NCBI GenBank assembly: GCA_965277805.1
Contig: OZ255842.1
Location: 2,880,001-2,944,000 of the forward strand
Length of the DNA stretch: 64,000 nucleotides
DNA from: Candidatus Lustribacter sp.
GTDB lineage: Bacteria > Vulcanimicrobiota > Vulcanimicrobiia > Vulcanimicrobiales > Vulcanimicrobiaceae
Reading direction: 5' to 3'
Shown here: piece by piece, positions 47,347 to 57,600 of the stretch
Layout of the letters: every line of letters starts with the position of its first letter
Numbering within the stretch: position 1 is the first letter of the stretch
Program-made: the position numbers and the translations under genes
Notes under the pieces: model-generated
Told to the model about the DNA's origin: nothing
Databases searched by the model: none
Seen by the model: only the letters and a program-made list of their open reading frames with translations

Positions 47347-47700
47347 ATGAAAGTCAACGGCATCGACGCCACGTACTATTACGCGAAAGATTTCGATCGT
47401 GCGGTGTCGTTCTACACCGCGTTGATCGGCGCGGCACCGGGCATGGTGGTGCCCGCGATGTTCGCCGAGTGGGAACTCGGCGACGGCGCGTCGTTCGGAC
47501 TCTACAAGGGTGAGGAGTACCAACACTGCGACGGCATCATGTTCGCGGTCGATGACGTTGCGGCGGCCGTGGCGGAACTTCGCGGACGCGGCGTGCAATT
47601 CGCCGGCGACGGCGCCATCGAAGACACGCCGGTGTGCTACATGGCCTTCGGTAACGACTCCGAAGGCAACGGCTTCATCCTACACCACCGCAAGAGTTAG
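47347..47700 (+). CDS. VOC (glyoxalase/bleomycin resistance) family protein
   Basis: D.DRAVSFY, FAVDDVAAAVAELRGRGV, DSEGN. AGGGG SD. Confidence 0.9.
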   Translation: MKVNGIDATYYYAKDFDRAVSFYTALIGAAPGMVVPAMFAEWELGDGASFGLYKGEEYQHCDGIMFAVDDVAAAVAELRGRGVQFAGDGAIEDTPVCYMAFGNDSEGNGFILHHRKS

Positions 47701-47702
47701 AT

Positions 47703-48176
47703 TTAGAAGCGGATCGAGAACGTCAGTGCGGGGTTGACCTTCGGCCCCTCGTTCGTGCTGCCCGGAATCGCCGGCTGCACGGTGCCGAAGCCGCCGTTGA
47801 GGACGGAGATGTCCCAGGTGCGGAACCCATACGCGATGCCGGCCGTGCCTTGCACGCCCGGATGCGCCGGGTCGTTGCTCACGTTGCCGTAGTACGGCAC
47901 GTAGACGTGCTTGGTGACGTTGAGCCGGCCGCCGATATTCATCCCGGTCTGCGCGCCCGGAAAGTAGAGAAACCCGTTGGGAATGCCCGTGCGTCCCTGC
48001 GCCGCGCCCGTCACGTTCGAGGGCTGCGAGTTCACGAGCGACGTCGTCCCACGCTTGGCTGCGGCCGCATGAGTATCTTGAGCGAACGCCGGCGCCGCGA
48101 ACGCAGCAATGATCGCCGCGGTAAAAACCGCCACGGACAAAGTACGCAAGCGCTGGGGGACCCGGAGAACCAACAT
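47703..48176 (-). CDS. Secreted hypothetical protein with OMP-like C-terminal Phe
   Basis: Signal peptide (APAFA|Q), amphipathic beta-strands, ends ALTFSIRF. Confidence 0.65.
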   Translation of the reverse strand: MLVLRVPQRLRTLSVAVFTAAIIAAFAAPAFAQDTHAAAAKRGTTSLVNSQPSNVTGAAQGRTGIPNGFLYFPGAQTGMNIGGRLNVTKHVYVPYYGNVSNDPAHPGVQGTAGIAYGFRTWDISVLNGGFGTVQPAIPGSTNEGPKVNPALTFSIRF

Positions 48177-48249
48177 AGTGGTACCTAGAGTATCGGCGAT
48201 TTGGCTGAGAAAATGATGAAAAACCCGGCCGCTTTCTTTCCCTCCTGGA

Positions 48250-48966
48250 TCACCCAGCCCCCCCTAGGTAGGCGGCGGCGACGGCGGGGCTCGCCTTCAG
48301 ATTCGCACTGCTGTCCTCGTGTGTGACGGAGCCCACTTCCAGTACATACCCGCGGTTAGCCACGGCTAGCGCTTGCGTGGCATTTTGCTCGATGAGCAAT
48401 ATAGTCGTACCACGTGCGTTGATTTCCCGGATCACCCCGAAGATGGTCTGGACGAGGAGCGGCGAGAGGCCGAGCGATGGCTCGTCGAGCAGCAGCAGGC
48501 GCGGGCGGCCCATGAGCGCCCGGCCGATCGCCAGCATCTGCTGCTCGCCGCCGGACATGGTGCCGGCTTGCTGGCCGAGCCGCTCGCGCAGGCGGGGAAA
48601 CGTAACGAGAACGTGCTCGGTGTCGGCCGCGATCTCGCTCTTGGACGAGCGGGTGAAGGCGCCCAGCTCGAGGTTCTCGCGGACGGTCATGCGCGGGAAG
48701 ACGCGCCGCCCTTCGGGTGAGTGGCCGATCCCCAGGCGCACGATCGCGTGGGGCGCGCGGCCATGCAGATCGGTGCCGTCGAAGACGACTCGGCCCGAGG
48801 CCGGGCGCACGAGCCCGCTGATCGCCCGCAGCGTCGTCGTCTTGCCCGCGCCGTTGGCGCCGATCAGCGCCACGATCTCGCCCTCGTCGACGTGCAGCGA
48901 GATGCCGGCCAGCGCCGTGATGCGGCCGTAGCGCGCGACGAGGTTCTCGACCTCGAGCAGGCTCAC
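48250..48966 (-). CDS. livF: Branched-chain amino acid ABC transporter ATPase
   Basis: GANGAGKTT, PEGRRVF, MSGGEQQMLAIGRAL, DEPSLGL, EQNA. Confidence 0.95.
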   Translation of the reverse strand: MSLLEVENLVARYGRITALAGISLHVDEGEIVALIGANGAGKTTTLRAISGLVRPASGRVVFDGTDLHGRAPHAIVRLGIGHSPEGRRVFPRMTVRENLELGAFTRSSKSEIAADTEHVLVTFPRLRERLGQQAGTMSGGEQQMLAIGRALMGRPRLLLLDEPSLGLSPLLVQTIFGVIREINARGTTILLIEQNATQALAVANRGYVLEVGSVTHEDSSANLKASPAVAAAYLGGAG

Positions 48967-49724
48967 GCCGGCGCACCCAGATACGCTTCGATTACCTTCG
49001 GGTCGGCACACACGATGTCGGGCAGTCCCTCGGCGATCTTTTCACCGTGATCGAGCACCGTGATACGCTCGCTGATCTGCTTCACCAGACGCATGTCGTG
49101 CTCGATCAGGAAGATCGTTACGCCGAGGTCGCGGATGCGCCGGATCAAGTCGATCAGCTCGCCCTTCTCGTTCGCGTTCATTCCCGCCGCCGGCTCGTCG
49201 AGCAGCAGCAGCTTCGGTTCGGCCGCCAGCGCGCGCGCGATCTCGAGCCGGCGCTGCATCCCGTAGGCGAGATTGCGCGCGTAGTGTTCGGCGCAATGTT
49301 CGAGGTTCACAAAACGCAACAGCTCGTAGGCGCGTTCGCGCACGCGGCGCTCTTCGGCCCGTTGCGCGGGCGTGTGCAAGAGCGAATCGAGTACGTTGGC
49401 TCGCATCCGCGCGTGCTCGCCCGTCATCACGTTATCGAGCGCGGACATGAACGCGAAGAGCCGGATGTTCTGAAACGTGCGAGCGATACCGCCGGCGGCA
49501 ATCGTGCTCGTCTTCAGGCCCGAGATCGTGCGGCCGTCGAACGTGATCTTGCCGCCGCTCGGCGCGTAGATGCCGGTGATCAGGTTGAACACGGTCGACT
49601 TGCCCGCGCCGTTCGGTCCGATCATCGTCACGATCGAACCGGCCTCGACCGCGAAGTCGAGTTTGTCCACCGCGATGAGTCCGCCAAAGTGCAAGCTGAC
49701 GCTTTCGAGCTGCAGAAGCGCCAT
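48963..49724 (-). CDS. livG: Branched-chain amino acid ABC transporter ATPase
   Basis: FGGLIAV, GPNGAGKST, RTFQNIRLF, LAYG.QRRLEIARAL, DEPAAG, EHDM. Confidence 0.95.
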   Translation of the reverse strand: MALLQLESVSLHFGGLIAVDKLDFAVEAGSIVTMIGPNGAGKSTVFNLITGIYAPSGGKITFDGRTISGLKTSTIAAGGIARTFQNIRLFAFMSALDNVMTGEHARMRANVLDSLLHTPAQRAEERRVRERAYELLRFVNLEHCAEHYARNLAYGMQRRLEIARALAAEPKLLLLDEPAAGMNANEKGELIDLIRRIRDLGVTIFLIEHDMRLVKQISERITVLDHGEKIAEGLPDIVCADPKVIEAYLGAPA

Positions 49725-50755
49725 CAGGGTGCGGCCTCCGTGTAGAGCGTCTGCTCCGCCGCCACGGCGTCGGGTGTCGCGCGCAGTTCGGCTTTGCGCT
49801 GGCGGCTCGGAATCAAACCTTCGGGACGGAACAGCATCGTCAGTACCAAGATGACGCCGTAGATCATGAACCGCGAGTTCGTGAGGTCGATCGCGATGCC
49901 GAAGCCGTGCATGAAGTTCGTGAGCTGCGGCAAGATGAAGCGGTCGAGCGATGAGATCACGAGGCTGCCGACGATCACGCCCGGGATGTTGCCCATCCCG
50001 CCGAGGACGAGCATCGAGAGCACCGCAACGCTCACATTGAAGCCGAACTGATCGGGCGATACCAGCTGCAGTTTTGATGCGTACGCGCATCCGGCCAATC
50101 CGCTGAACGATGCGCCGATCGCGAACGCCGCGAGCTTCGTCGTCGTAGTGTTGATACCGGCGTGCGCGGCGGCGAGTTCGTCCTCGCGAATCGCCATCCA
50201 AGCGCGACCGAGGCGGCTCAAGCGCAGGTTGTTGGCCGCCAGCACGGCCACCGCGATCAAACCGAGGATCAGATAGTAGTACGGCAGCGCTTGGAAGCCG
50301 AAGCGAAAGTTGAAGATCGCGGGCTGATCGAGCGAACCGATGCCGTTTGGCCCGCCCGTCCACTGCGAGAGGTTGAGGAACGTCTGCGGCACGATCTCGC
50401 CGAAGCCGAGCGTCACGATCGCGAGGTAGTCGCCGCGCAAGCGCAACGTCGGCGCGCCGAGCAAAATGCCGAAGACCGCGGCCACGCCCGATGCGACGAA
50501 GAGCATCACCCAGAATGGAACGTGAATACCGAACTGCGGACTCGCCAGCATCGCGAACGTGTACGACCCGATCGCGAAGAAGGCCGCGTAGCCGAGATCG
50601 AGCAGGCCGGCGAACCCGACGACGACGTTGAGGCCGAGCGCGAGGAGCACGAACGCTCCCGCGTCGGCGAGAAAGTTGACAAAGCCGCCGTTCGAGAAAA
50701 TCAGCGGCAGCACGATCGCCGCCGCGAAGATTGCGAACGGCTGCAGGCGGCCCAT
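49724..50755 (-). CDS. livM: Branched-chain amino acid ABC transporter permease
   Basis: GLNVVVGFAGLLDLGY, RLRGDYLAIVTLGFGE, GRAWMAIREDE. Confidence 0.95.
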   Translation of the reverse strand: MGRLQPFAIFAAAIVLPLIFSNGGFVNFLADAGAFVLLALGLNVVVGFAGLLDLGYAAFFAIGSYTFAMLASPQFGIHVPFWVMLFVASGVAAVFGILLGAPTLRLRGDYLAIVTLGFGEIVPQTFLNLSQWTGGPNGIGSLDQPAIFNFRFGFQALPYYYLILGLIAVAVLAANNLRLSRLGRAWMAIREDELAAAHAGINTTTTKLAAFAIGASFSGLAGCAYASKLQLVSPDQFGFNVSVAVLSMLVLGGMGNIPGVIVGSLVISSLDRFILPQLTNFMHGFGIAIDLTNSRFMIYGVILVLTMLFRPEGLIPSRQRKAELRATPDAVAAEQTLYTEAAP

Positions 50756-51666
50756 TACACCTTGGCCGGCAACGATTCGCCGAGCAGGCCCGACGGTTTG
50801 AAGATCAACACCAGCACGAGCACCGAGAACACGACGACGTTGCTCCACTGATCGGAGATCAGCTGCGTCGTCATCGCCTCGATCAAACCGATCAGGAAAC
50901 CCCCGAGCATCGCGCCGGTCAGGTTGCCGATGCCGCCGAGCACGGCCGCCGTAAACGCCTTCAGCCCGGCACCGAAGCCGTTGAAGAACCACGTCGAGCC
51001 GTAGTACACGCCCGACACGAAACCGGCCGCACCCGCGAGCGCCGAGCCGATCAGGAACGTCAGCGCGATCGTCGTGTTGATGTCGATGCCCATCAGCTGC
51101 GCCGCATCGCGGTCTTGGGCGGTCGCGCGCATCGCCTTACCGAGCTTCGTGCGATAGACGAACGCGCGCAGCACGATCATCAGCGCCACGGCAAGCAGCA
51201 CGACGAGGATCTGCTTCGTCGCGATGGTGACGGCGCCGAGATGCACGTCGGGATTCGGAATGACTTGCGGAAACGGGATCGGCGAGGGACCGCGCCAGTA
51301 CTGCATCACGTTCTCGAGGATGAACGACATGCCGATTGCGGTGATGAGCGGCGCGAGGCGCGGGGCGTTGCGCAGCCGGCGGTACGCTAGCCGCTCGATC
51401 ACGACGCCGGTGAGCCCGCACAGGATCATCGCCCCCAGCATCGTCACGACCACGACGACGACCAGCAACGGCCCCGTGACCACGCCGGTGACGCCGAGCA
51501 GCGTGAGGATCGCGAGCGAGAAGAACGTACCGAGCGTATACACGTCGCCGTGCGCGAAGTTGATCAACTCGATGATCCCGTAGATCATCGTGTAGCCGAG
51601 CGCGATCAGGGCGTAGATGCCGCCCAGCGAGAGACCGTTGACGAGTTGCTGAAGGAAGAGGTCCAA
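50755..51666 (-). CDS. livH: Branched-chain amino acid ABC transporter permease
   Basis: YALIALGYTMIYG..INFAHG, GKAMRATAQD, KAFTAAVLGGIG. Confidence 0.95.
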   Translation of the reverse strand: MDLFLQQLVNGLSLGGIYALIALGYTMIYGIIELINFAHGDVYTLGTFFSLAILTLLGVTGVVTGPLLVVVVVVTMLGAMILCGLTGVVIERLAYRRLRNAPRLAPLITAIGMSFILENVMQYWRGPSPIPFPQVIPNPDVHLGAVTIATKQILVVLLAVALMIVLRAFVYRTKLGKAMRATAQDRDAAQLMGIDINTTIALTFLIGSALAGAAGFVSGVYYGSTWFFNGFGAGLKAFTAAVLGGIGNLTGAMLGGFLIGLIEAMTTQLISDQWSNVVVFSVLVLVLIFKPSGLLGESLPAKV

Positions 51667-51668
51667 AA

Positions 51669-52958
51669 CTATTTGAGGGTGAGCTGCGTGACCGTCTCGG
51701 TCTTGCCGCCGGCGATCATGCGCTTGAGGGTCAGGATCGGCGCCGTCGTGTCACCATTGGCATCGAAACCGATCTTGCCGATCGGTGTCGGAAAATCGCT
51801 GGTCGCGGCGATGTTCTTGAGCACGTCGGCGCGGGTCGGCATTTTGCCGCCGTCATCTTTGACCGCTTTCTCGATTGCGGCAATGATAATCTGCGTCGCG
51901 GCAAAGGCCGGCGCGCTGTAGGGGCCGACGTCGGCGTTGAAGCGCGCCTTGTAGGCCGCGACGAACGCTTTCGCCGAGGGAAGCTTGTCGGCATCCGGCG
52001 CGGCGAAGCTGTAGTACACGTTTTGCGACATCGTTGGACCGGCTTCTTTAACGAACTCGGCCGTATCGCTGATGCCGTCGCCGCCCATGTACGGCGTCTT
52101 CGTCATGCCCGCGTCGCCCATCTGACGGCGTAAGAGCCCGCCGCCGGCGGACGTCGTTCCGCCGAAGAATACCGCGTCGGGCGACGTGCTGGCGATCTTG
52201 GTAAGCAGCGCCTTGAAGTCTTGCTGGTTAGCCGTGAGGTGTTCGTGACCGAGCACCGTTCCGCCGAGCGACTTGAACGAGGACTCAAAGTTGTCGGCCA
52301 AACCCTTGCCGTACGTCTCGTTGTCGTCGACGATGAAAACTTTCTTGTAGTTGAGCTTCTGCGCGAACTGCGCGAGCGCCGAACCTTGACGGCTATCCTT
52401 CGTGCAGACGCGGAAATAGGCGTTTGTGTCGGGATGCGCCGTTCGCAATTTTTTGGCATCGTCGCCGACCGTCAAGCCGTCGTTCGTGTTCGACGGTGAG
52501 ATCTGCGCGAGTCCCGCATCGTTGGTGAGCGGGATTTCCGACTTCGCGACGTTGGAGTTGAACGGCCCGATCATTGCAAGCACGGCGGAGTCGGCGATGA
52601 ACGTCTTGACGTTTTGAGCACCCGCGGCCGGATCGTGCACGCCTTGCACCGCATCGTCGAGTAAGCTCGCTTCGAGTTTGAACGTGCCGCCGGTGAAGCC
52701 GTTCTTGTTGGCTTCCTCAATTGCAAGCACGGCACCGTTTTGCGTCGGCACGCCGATCGCGGCATCCGCACCGCTCACCGGCAAATCCACGCCGATCTTG
52801 ATCGTCCCGCCCGATCCGGCCGCCGCCGGCGCCGCGCTCGAAACGGGAGCACTCGATGCCGCCGTGGAGCTCGTCGAGGTGGTCGAGGACGAACACGCCG
52901 AGACGAGCGCGACGAGCGCACCCGCGAAGCACGCACGCGTGACAATCGAAAACCACAT
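51669..52958 (-). CDS. livK: Branched-chain amino acid ABC transporter substrate-binding lipoprotein
   Basis: Lipobox VSAC, IKIG..P.SG, GPFNS, ISPS.T, YGKGLA, DGI. GGAG SD before ATG 52958; GTG 53009 is an alternative. Confidence 0.9.
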   Translation of the reverse strand: MWFSIVTRACFAGALVALVSACSSSTTSTSSTAASSAPVSSAAPAAAGSGGTIKIGVDLPVSGADAAIGVPTQNGAVLAIEEANKNGFTGGTFKLEASLLDDAVQGVHDPAAGAQNVKTFIADSAVLAMIGPFNSNVAKSEIPLTNDAGLAQISPSNTNDGLTVGDDAKKLRTAHPDTNAYFRVCTKDSRQGSALAQFAQKLNYKKVFIVDDNETYGKGLADNFESSFKSLGGTVLGHEHLTANQQDFKALLTKIASTSPDAVFFGGTTSAGGGLLRRQMGDAGMTKTPYMGGDGISDTAEFVKEAGPTMSQNVYYSFAAPDADKLPSAKAFVAAYKARFNADVGPYSAPAFAATQIIIAAIEKAVKDDGGKMPTRADVLKNIAATSDFPTPIGKIGFDANGDTTAPILTLKRMIAGGKTETVTQLTLK

Positions 52959-53044
52959 AGAACTACTCCGGAAGGCGAGTCGGGCAAAGGTACGCGCGGG
53001 CGACCGCACCCCCCTTGTACCAACTGGCTAGTGCCCAAGCCGCC

Positions 53045-53995
53045 CTAATGCAAGGCTCCGGGATAAAAGAGGTCGGCGGCGGGGAAGGGCGCGCTGAGGG
53101 CGCCGTATTTTGCGCCGACGTCGATGACCGGTTGCACGACGCCCAGGTTCACGTGCTCGAGGAACGTGGCGCGGTGCATCTCGCGCACGATCGAGAGATC
53201 GATCTTGGTCGCAGCGCTCACCAGTTCAGCCGTCTTGTCGTGGTTACGATTTGCCCAGACGGCCGCTTGCTGCATCGCGTTGCTGAAGCGGCGCGCGACA
53301 TCGGGATTGGCGGTGAGCCACGCCTGACTGACGGTCCACGCATCGATCATCCACAAATCGGCGATACCATCGTAGGACTTACCGAGCATGCGCGTATCGT
53401 TGCGCGATTGCGTATATTGCGGTTCCGCAGAAACCGCGGCGTCGACGCGATTGGCGACGAGCGCGGCCGGCATCGCGGAGAACGGCAGTTCGATGAACTT
53501 CACTTGCTTCGAATCGCCGCCGTTCTTGTCAATCCACGACTCGGCCGAGACGTGCGCGATCCCTTGCAGCACGTTGACCGCAACGACCTTGCCGTTGAGG
53601 TCGCGGGCGGTCTTCAGCGGCGAGTTGTTCGGCACCAGCATCACGGTCGTCGGGTTTTTCGTCGTGTAAGTCGATCCCGACGCCGCGATCTTCAACGGCA
53701 GGCCTTTCTCATGCGCAGAGGCGAGCGAGAGCACGTTGATGCCGCCGCAATCGAGCGAACCCGACACGACCGCGGCCGCAATCGCGTTGCCGTTCGTAAA
53801 ATCCTGAATTTCGATCGCGATTCCGTTCTTCGCCAGAAAGCCGGCACTCTGTGCCGCGAAGATCTCGGAGCTCGAGTCGATCGGCACGTTGCCGACCCGC
53901 ATCGTCACCAGATCCGCCGGGCGTACGATCTGCACGTCCGCAAACGGCGAAATCAGCGCCGAACCGAGCCCCGCCAGAACCGTCCGTCTAAGCAT
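53045..53995 (-). CDS. SsuA/THI5/NMT1-family ABC substrate-binding protein with Tat-like leader
   Basis: MLRRTVLAG, GFL.KNG, DLNGKVVAV, VDA..EP. No cognate permease nearby. TATGGT -10-like box 5 nt upstream. Confidence 0.82.
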   Translation of the reverse strand: MLRRTVLAGLGSALISPFADVQIVRPADLVTMRVGNVPIDSSSEIFAAQSAGFLAKNGIAIEIQDFTNGNAIAAAVVSGSLDCGGINVLSLASAHEKGLPLKIAASGSTYTTKNPTTVMLVPNNSPLKTARDLNGKVVAVNVLQGIAHVSAESWIDKNGGDSKQVKFIELPFSAMPAALVANRVDAAVSAEPQYTQSRNDTRMLGKSYDGIADLWMIDAWTVSQAWLTANPDVARRFSNAMQQAAVWANRNHDKTAELVSAATKIDLSIVREMHRATFLEHVNLGVVQPVIDVGAKYGALSAPFPAADLFYPGALH

Positions 53996-54018
53996 CCCCG
54001 ACCATACGAGCTACGTCT

Positions 54019-54651
54019 TCAGGACGCCTCGTAGAAGCAGCGACCGCAGGTTTGGATGTAGCGTACCGCGCCTTCGATCGCGACCTGTTCGCCTTCGGTA
54101 ATGCGCGCGCCGCGATCGTCGATGCGCACGTTCATCGTGGCCTTGCGTCCGCACGCGCAGATGTTCTTGAGCTCTTCGATATCGTCGGCGAGCGTGAGCA
54201 GGTAGGCCGCGCCGGGAAAGGGCTCGCCCAGAAAATCGCTGCGAATGCCGTAGCAGATCACCGGGATATCGGCGACGTGCGCGAGCTTGTGTAGTTGACG
54301 CACTTGTTCGGGATCGAGGAATTGCGCTTCGTCGATCAGCACGCAGGCGATCGGCTTCGCCGTCGTGGCCAAGTATTCGCGCATCCCTTCGTCGACGACC
54401 TGATTGTCGTCGAGAAAGAGCTCTTTCCCGTCCTTGAGCCGCTCGTAAAAGTTCGTCCAGCGCGTGAACGTGAGACCTTTGCGCGACACGCCCAGCCGCG
54501 AGGCGATGTTCGCATGGCCGAACCGGTTGTCGAGGTCCGACGTGAAGAGCACCACGTTCATGCCCTGCTCCTCGTAGTTGTGCGCTACTTGGAGCAGGGC
54601 CATCGATTTCCCGGCATTCATCGCCGAGTACCGGAAGTAGAGTTTCGCCAA
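54019..54651 (-). CDS. tdk: Thymidine kinase
   Basis: AKLYFRYSAMNAGKS, IDEAQF, YGIRSDF, CACG, CGRC. Confidence 0.96.
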   Translation of the reverse strand: MAKLYFRYSAMNAGKSMALLQVAHNYEEQGMNVVLFTSDLDNRFGHANIASRLGVSRKGLTFTRWTNFYERLKDGKELFLDDNQVVDEGMREYLATTAKPIACVLIDEAQFLDPEQVRQLHKLAHVADIPVICYGIRSDFLGEPFPGAAYLLTLADDIEELKNICACGRKATMNVRIDDRGARITEGEQVAIEGAVRYIQTCGRCFYEAS

Positions 54652-54653
54652 GC

Positions 54654-57600
54654 CTAGATCGAGACCGGCGCCGGCGTGCTCGGCGTAACAGTGCCCTCGG
54701 TGTCGCTTGACGCCGGCCCGTGCCGCGTGGGACGGAACTTATCCTCGATCGACGCGATGATCACGTAGAGCGTCGGTGTGATGAACAAGTTGAGAATGCT
54801 CGAGCAGATCATGCCACCGAACACGACCGTGCCGAGCGAATGCCGCGACGCGCTGCCGGCGCCGCTAGCAAACACCAGCGGCGTAACGCCGAAGATGAAG
54901 GCGATCGAGGTCATCAGAATCGGGCGCAACCGCGTTTCGGCCGCGCGCTGCGCCGCTTCGCGAATCGGCACGCCCGCCGCGCGCAGCTGGTTCGCAAACT
55001 CGACGATCAGAATTGCGTTCTTACTGGCCAAGCCGATCAGCATGACGTAGCCGACCTGCGCGAAGACGTCCGATACGCCTGAATCGACATCGAATGTACC
55101 GCGTATCTTGAGTCCGATGAACGCACCCAACAGCGCGAGCGGAACGGCCAGCAGGATGATCAGCGGATCGGCGAACGATTCGTACTGCGCCGCGAGCACG
55201 AGGAACACGAACACGATGCCGAGCGCGAAGATCAGAGCTGCGGCCCCGCCGCCCTCGATCTGTTCGAGCGAGATGCCGCTCCATTCGTACGCGAAGCCGG
55301 CCGGCAGATGCGCGGCAAAACGCTGCATCGTATCGAGCGCTTGACCCGAGCCGTAGCCGGGCGCAGCACTGCCGGAAATTGAGATCGAGCGATATTGGTT
55401 ATAGTGCGTGATCGTCGGCGCAGCTTGGATCTTCTGCACGTTGACGAGTCCGCTGAGCGGAATCGGTGCGCTGGGCGTCGTGACGCCGTTGACGGTCGTC
55501 GAGCCGGCGACGTAGATGTTTTGCAAATCGGCTAAACGCGAACGGTACGGCTGATCGGCTTGAACGTACACGCGATACGAGTGACCGCCGAAGTCGAAGT
55601 CGTTGACGTACACCGAGCCGAGATACACCTGCATCGTGTTGTAGACGTCGGCAAGGTTGACGCCCAGCGCCTGGGCCTTGTTCCGATCGACGTCGACGTT
55701 GACGACGGGCGAGTTGTTGGTGAACAGCGTGTACACGCCGGCTAAGCCGCTGTGTGGTGCGTACGCCTGACCGATCACTTGATAGGCCGCGCCGAGCAAT
55801 GGCCCGAGGCCGTTGTTACCCCGGTCCTCGAGTTCGAAGTCGAATCCGCCCTGGAAGCCGAGTCCCGGGATCGCCGGCGGGTTGACGGCAAACGCCTGAA
55901 TGCCCATCGGGTTGAGATACAACTGTCCGGCAAGCCGGCCGAGCATCGCGTCGAGCGTGTGCTGCGAACCCTGGCGCTGCTCCCACGGTTTGAGCAGCAC
56001 GAACATCAGGATCTTGTTCGAGCCGGTTCCGGTAAAGCTGAAGCCCGCGATATCGAAGACATTGAGGACTTCGGGCTGGCGCGCAATAATCGATTCGAGC
56101 ATCCGCTGCACTTTGTGCGAATTGTCGATCGAGGTACCCTCGGGGCCCTGCGCGCTGACGATGAAGTAACCTTGATCTTCATTGGGGATGAAGCCGGTCG
56201 GCGTGTTAAAGAAGAATAGTCCGGTAATCGCGAGCAGCACCGCAAAGCACGCGAACGTAATCGCCGGCCGGCGCAAAACGTTCGGTAGCCAGCTATGATA
56301 CGTGCGGCGGGTCGCGCCGATCGCGCGATTGACCGGTGTGAAGAAGCGTGACTTCTTCTCGTCTTTGATGTTGCCGAGGAAGATCGATGAGAGCACCGGC
56401 GTCAGCGTCAGCGCGTTGAAGAGCGAGATCGTGATCGCGCAGGCGATCGTGAGCGCAAACTGCTTGTAGAGCTGCCCCGTCGTGCCCGGGAAAAATGCGA
56501 CCGGAACGAAGACCGCCAGCAGCACGAGCGACGATGCGAGCACCGCGCCCGAAATCTCGGCCATTGCCTCGCGCGCGCCCTCGAACGGCGCCATCCCTTT
56601 TTCTTGGATGAAGCGCGCGATATTCTCGATGACAACGATTGCATCGTCGACGACGAGTCCCGTCGCCAGCGTGAGGCCGAAGAGCGTCAGCGTGTTGATC
56701 GAGAACCCGAGAACCTTCATCAGGAAAAACGTGCCCAATAGCGAGATCGGGATCGTGAGCGAGGGGATCAGCGTCGTGCGCCAATCTTGCAGGAAGAGGA
56801 AGATCACCAGCACGACCAGCGCGATCGCGATCAGGAGCGTCGTCACGACTTCCTTGATCGACTCGCTGACGAAGAGCGTCGTGTCGAACGCGACTGCGTA
56901 CTTCATGCCGGCGGGAAACTTTTGGGAAAGCCGGCTCAGCTCCGATTGCACCTGCTGCGAGACTTGCAGCGCATTGCCGGTGGGCAGCTGCGAAACACCG
57001 ACACCGACCGAGTCGATGCCGTTGTACCAGATGCTGCCCGAGTAGTCTTGCGCGCCGAGCTCGACGCGGCCGACGTCGCGCACCCGCACGTAGCCGCCGT
57101 CCGGCGTCGTGCGCAGGATGATGTCGCCGAAGCCGGCTGGATCGTGCAGGCGTCCGTTGGAGCGCACCGTGTACTCGTAGGGCTGGTTTCCGTTGGTTGG
57201 CGGCGCCCCGATGGCGCCCGCGGCAACCTGAATATTCTGATTCGAGAGCGCCGCCGTTACGGCAGCAGCCGTGAGACCGTTGTCGGCTAAACGTTTCGGA
57301 TCGACCCACAGGCGCATCGCATACTTACGCTCGCCGAAGACCTGCACTCCGCTTACGCCGGGAACGCGCTGTAAATCGTTGGTGACGTTGTTTTCGATGT
57401 AATCCGTCATCTGCTCTTTGGACAGGTTCGGATTGGTCGACCAGAACCCGATGCCCATGACGAACGTGCCGTTGTTCTTCGAAACGGCGACGCCGGTCAG
57501 CTTGACCTCGGCCGGCAGGACGCCTTGCGCGAGGTTGACGGCGTTCTGCACGTCGTTCGCCGCCTGGTTGAGATCGGTATCGAGTGTGAACGTTGCGGTG

